A stretch of 62,962 nucleotides of DNA, the filler included, from Nitrospinota bacterium (lineage in GTDB: Bacteria; JAUXIQ01): assembly GCA_030620925.1 (NCBI GenBank). It is 16 parts of 16 records of this genome, joined end to end, with 100 filler letters (N's around TTAATTAATTAA, not from the genome) between each part and the next. Parts side by side here need not be neighbours in the genome. Positions count along the whole stretch, not along the records: positions 60,015 to 62,962 come from JAUXIQ010000383.1; 15 more parts are not named here. One strand, written 5' to 3'. A program made the position numbers and the translations under genes. The number at the start of each line of letters is the position of its first letter. Position 1 is the stretch's first letter. The notes beneath the pieces are model-generated. The model was not told where the DNA came from. It saw only the letters and a list, made by a program, of their open reading frames with translations, and did no database searches. Positions 61,178 through 62,962 of this stretch are shown here, one piece after another.

Positions 61178-62962
61178 CTAACGTTGATAGAAATATGTTT
61201 CGGAGGAACCCGCCCCGTCGCCTATCAGGTTTTTGTCAGGACAATACTTCCTGGGCTCGGTGCCTTCTATGAAAACCTCTTTAATCACGTTTTTATCACA
61301 ATTTTCGGTGGGCAGAAGGCCGGTGTGGGCGTCTATCTTGACCAGTGTGATACCTTCCGGTTTCACGAAATCTTCGGTTGGAGCGTCCTTGAGGGCTTCT
61401 TTCATGAACTCAAGCCAGATGGGGCTTGCGGCGCGGCTGCCCGTTTCGTAAACACCGATTCCCGTGTGGTCGTCCATGCCCACCCATACTCCGGTCACCA
61501 GTTGGGGCGTGTAACCTATAAACCAGGCATCGCTGTATTTATCGGTGGTGCCTGTCTTCCCTGCCGCCGGCTTGCCGAGAGCTTTCGCCCGCCAGCCGGT
61601 GCCGCGCTGCACAGCGCCCTGCAGCATACGAGTAACAATAAAAGAGGTGTGCGGCGAAAGGACATTCTTAAGCTTGGGAAAGTTTTCCTCTAATATTTGT
61701 CCATCCCTGTCGGTGATATAGCGAATGGCCATGGGCTGCGCGAGTATACCGTAATCGGCAAGTACAGCGTAAGCGGAAGTCAGCTCCAGAAGGGGGACTT
61801 CGAATGACCCCAGGGCCATCGACAGGTATGGGTCTATGTGGCTTTCGATGCCCATCTTTCTTGCGTATTCAATGACTACCTCAGGCTTTAATTGTATGAG
61901 GAGATTCACCGTGGCGGCGTTCCTGGAGTGCTCCAACGCATGGCGCAGGGTAACCGGCCCGTAAAATTTTTTCTGGAAGTTGGTCGGTTTCCACACCTCG
62001 CCCGTCCAGCGGTCGCGGTAAACAATGGGGGAGTCCATGATGATATCGGAGGTGCGATAACCTTTATCTATGGCCGCCGCATAGATAACGGGCTTGAAGG
62101 CGGAACCCGGCTGACGCATGGCCTGTATGGCCCTGTTAAACTGGCTCCTGTAATAATCATAGCCCCCCACCATGGCGCGGATGTACCCGTTGCTGGGGTC
62201 CAGGGCGACGATGGCGCCCTCCACCAGCGGTTCCTGCTCCAGAGCCAACGCGTAGAGAAAATCCGCTGAGCCGTCGCCTGAGGCAATCACCTTTACCAGC
62301 ACCGTGTCCCCCACGTAGAAGGAGGGAATGTGGTCCTCCAGCTGCGCCCACTTCATATCCTCCAGTCCGATTCTCCCCAACCTCTCCCCCATCCTCACCA
62401 GCAGACCGTCCGGCATCACCTGCTCGACTACTCCCCTCAGTATGTCGCCCTTTTCCGGCGGCAGGTTCCCTTCCTTGCGGAAAGGGCCTGTATAGAGAGG
62501 CAGGTTCGAGGGGAGCCTGAAACCCCTGCGCTTGGAAACATCTATGAGTCCCCGGCCGAGGGCGAGCTGGGCGGCCTTCTGATACTTGAGGTTCAGAGTG
62601 GTGTAGACTTCGAGACCGTTATTATAAATGTCTTCCCTCTCATAGTTCTCTTCCAGGTATCGGCGTATATATTCGACAAAATATGGCGCCCTGTTGATCC
62701 TCTCCCCACCCCCTACGACGACGTTTAACAGCTCGGAATTAACTTGCTGGGCCTGCTCCCGGGTAATGAATTTTTCCACTGCCATGCGCCGAAGGACCAG
62801 CGACCTTCTGCGCTTGGCGCGCTCAGGATGCTTTAAGGGGGAGTAAGCCGAGGGCGCTCTCAAGAGACCGGCGAGGAGGGAGGCTTCAGAAAGGTTGATG
62901 TCGGAAACCCCCTTCCCGAAATAGCGCCGTGAGGCGGATTCCACCCCGTAGGCCCCGCCGCC
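61178..62962 (-). CDS. mrcA: Penicillin-binding protein 1A (with OB/S1-like insert), 5' truncated
   Basis: LAGLLRAPS, RQPGSAFKP (SxxK), SRN, GKTGT. Confidence 0.93.
   Translation of the reverse strand, partial: GGGAYGVESASRRYFGKGVSDINLSEASLLAGLLRAPSAYSPLKHPERAKRRRSLVLRRMAVEKFITREQAQQVNSELLNVVVGGGERINRAPYFVEYIRRYLEENYEREDIYNNGLEVYTTLNLKYQKAAQLALGRGLIDVSKRRGFRLPSNLPLYTGPFRKEGNLPPEKGDILRGVVEQVMPDGLLVRMGERLGRIGLEDMKWAQLEDHIPSFYVGDTVLVKVIASGDGSADFLYALALEQEPLVEGAIVALDPSNGYIRAMVGGYDYYRSQFNRAIQAMRQPGSAFKPVIYAAAIDKGYRTSDIIMDSPIVYRDRWTGEVWKPTNFQKKFYGPVTLRHALEHSRNAATVNLLIQLKPEVVIEYARKMGIESHIDPYLSMALGSFEVPLLELTSAYAVLADYGILAQPMAIRYITDRDGQILEENFPKLKNVLSPHTSFIVTRMLQGAVQRGTGWRAKALGKPAAGKTGTTDKYSDAWFIGYTPQLVTGVWVGMDDHTGIGVYETGSRAASPIWLEFMKEALKDAPTEDFVKPEGITLVKIDAHTGLLPTENCDKNVIKEVFIEGTEPRKYCPDKNLIGDGAGSSETYFYQR

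Noticed and set aside
1-62962. Selenocysteine/pyrrolysine read-through, riboswitches, rRNA, IS transposases
   Set aside because: I saw no in-frame stop interrupting a recognisable domain and no recognisable motif by eye; an Rfam/ISfinder scan is needed to exclude them.

Overview
This window is not one locus. It is 16 short contigs (about 2.5-6 kb each) joined by 15 artificial 100-bp spacers (N44-TTAATTAATTAA-N44), as in a fragmented draft or metagenome-assembled genome, so gene neighbourhoods only mean something within a contig. The gene content suggests an anaerobic, moderately GC-rich bacterium (deltaproteobacterium/Nitrospinota-like; this is inference) rich in acyl-CoA chemistry: 3 acyl-CoA dehydrogenases, 3 crotonases, 3 CaiB CoA-transferases, a 2-hydroxyacyl-CoA dehydratase/aryl-CoA reductase with two activases, a divergent B12 acyl-CoA mutase, and a 2-oxoacid:ferredoxin oxidoreductase with an ADP-forming acyl-CoA synthetase. 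Housekeeping genes include gyrB/gyrA, lon, trpB2, cinA, tldD, mog, PBP1A and tRNA-Arg(CCG). The best candidate for an undescribed system is contig 1. There, two tRNA-Ala 3'-end (att-like) remnants border a sigma54 activator with a degenerate receiver domain, which converges on a tightly coupled operon: PLP enzyme, signal-less V8-like protease with an acidic pro-region, M20 peptidase, amidohydrolase. Other notable items are a hicB plus frameshifted hicA pair between gyrB and gyrA, tandem near-identical acyl-CoA dehydrogenases lacking the canonical catalytic Glu, a DEDDh-WYL fusion behind a GTAG-REP cluster, and a second palindromic repeat family. All calls come from motif recognition by eye; no database searches were run.
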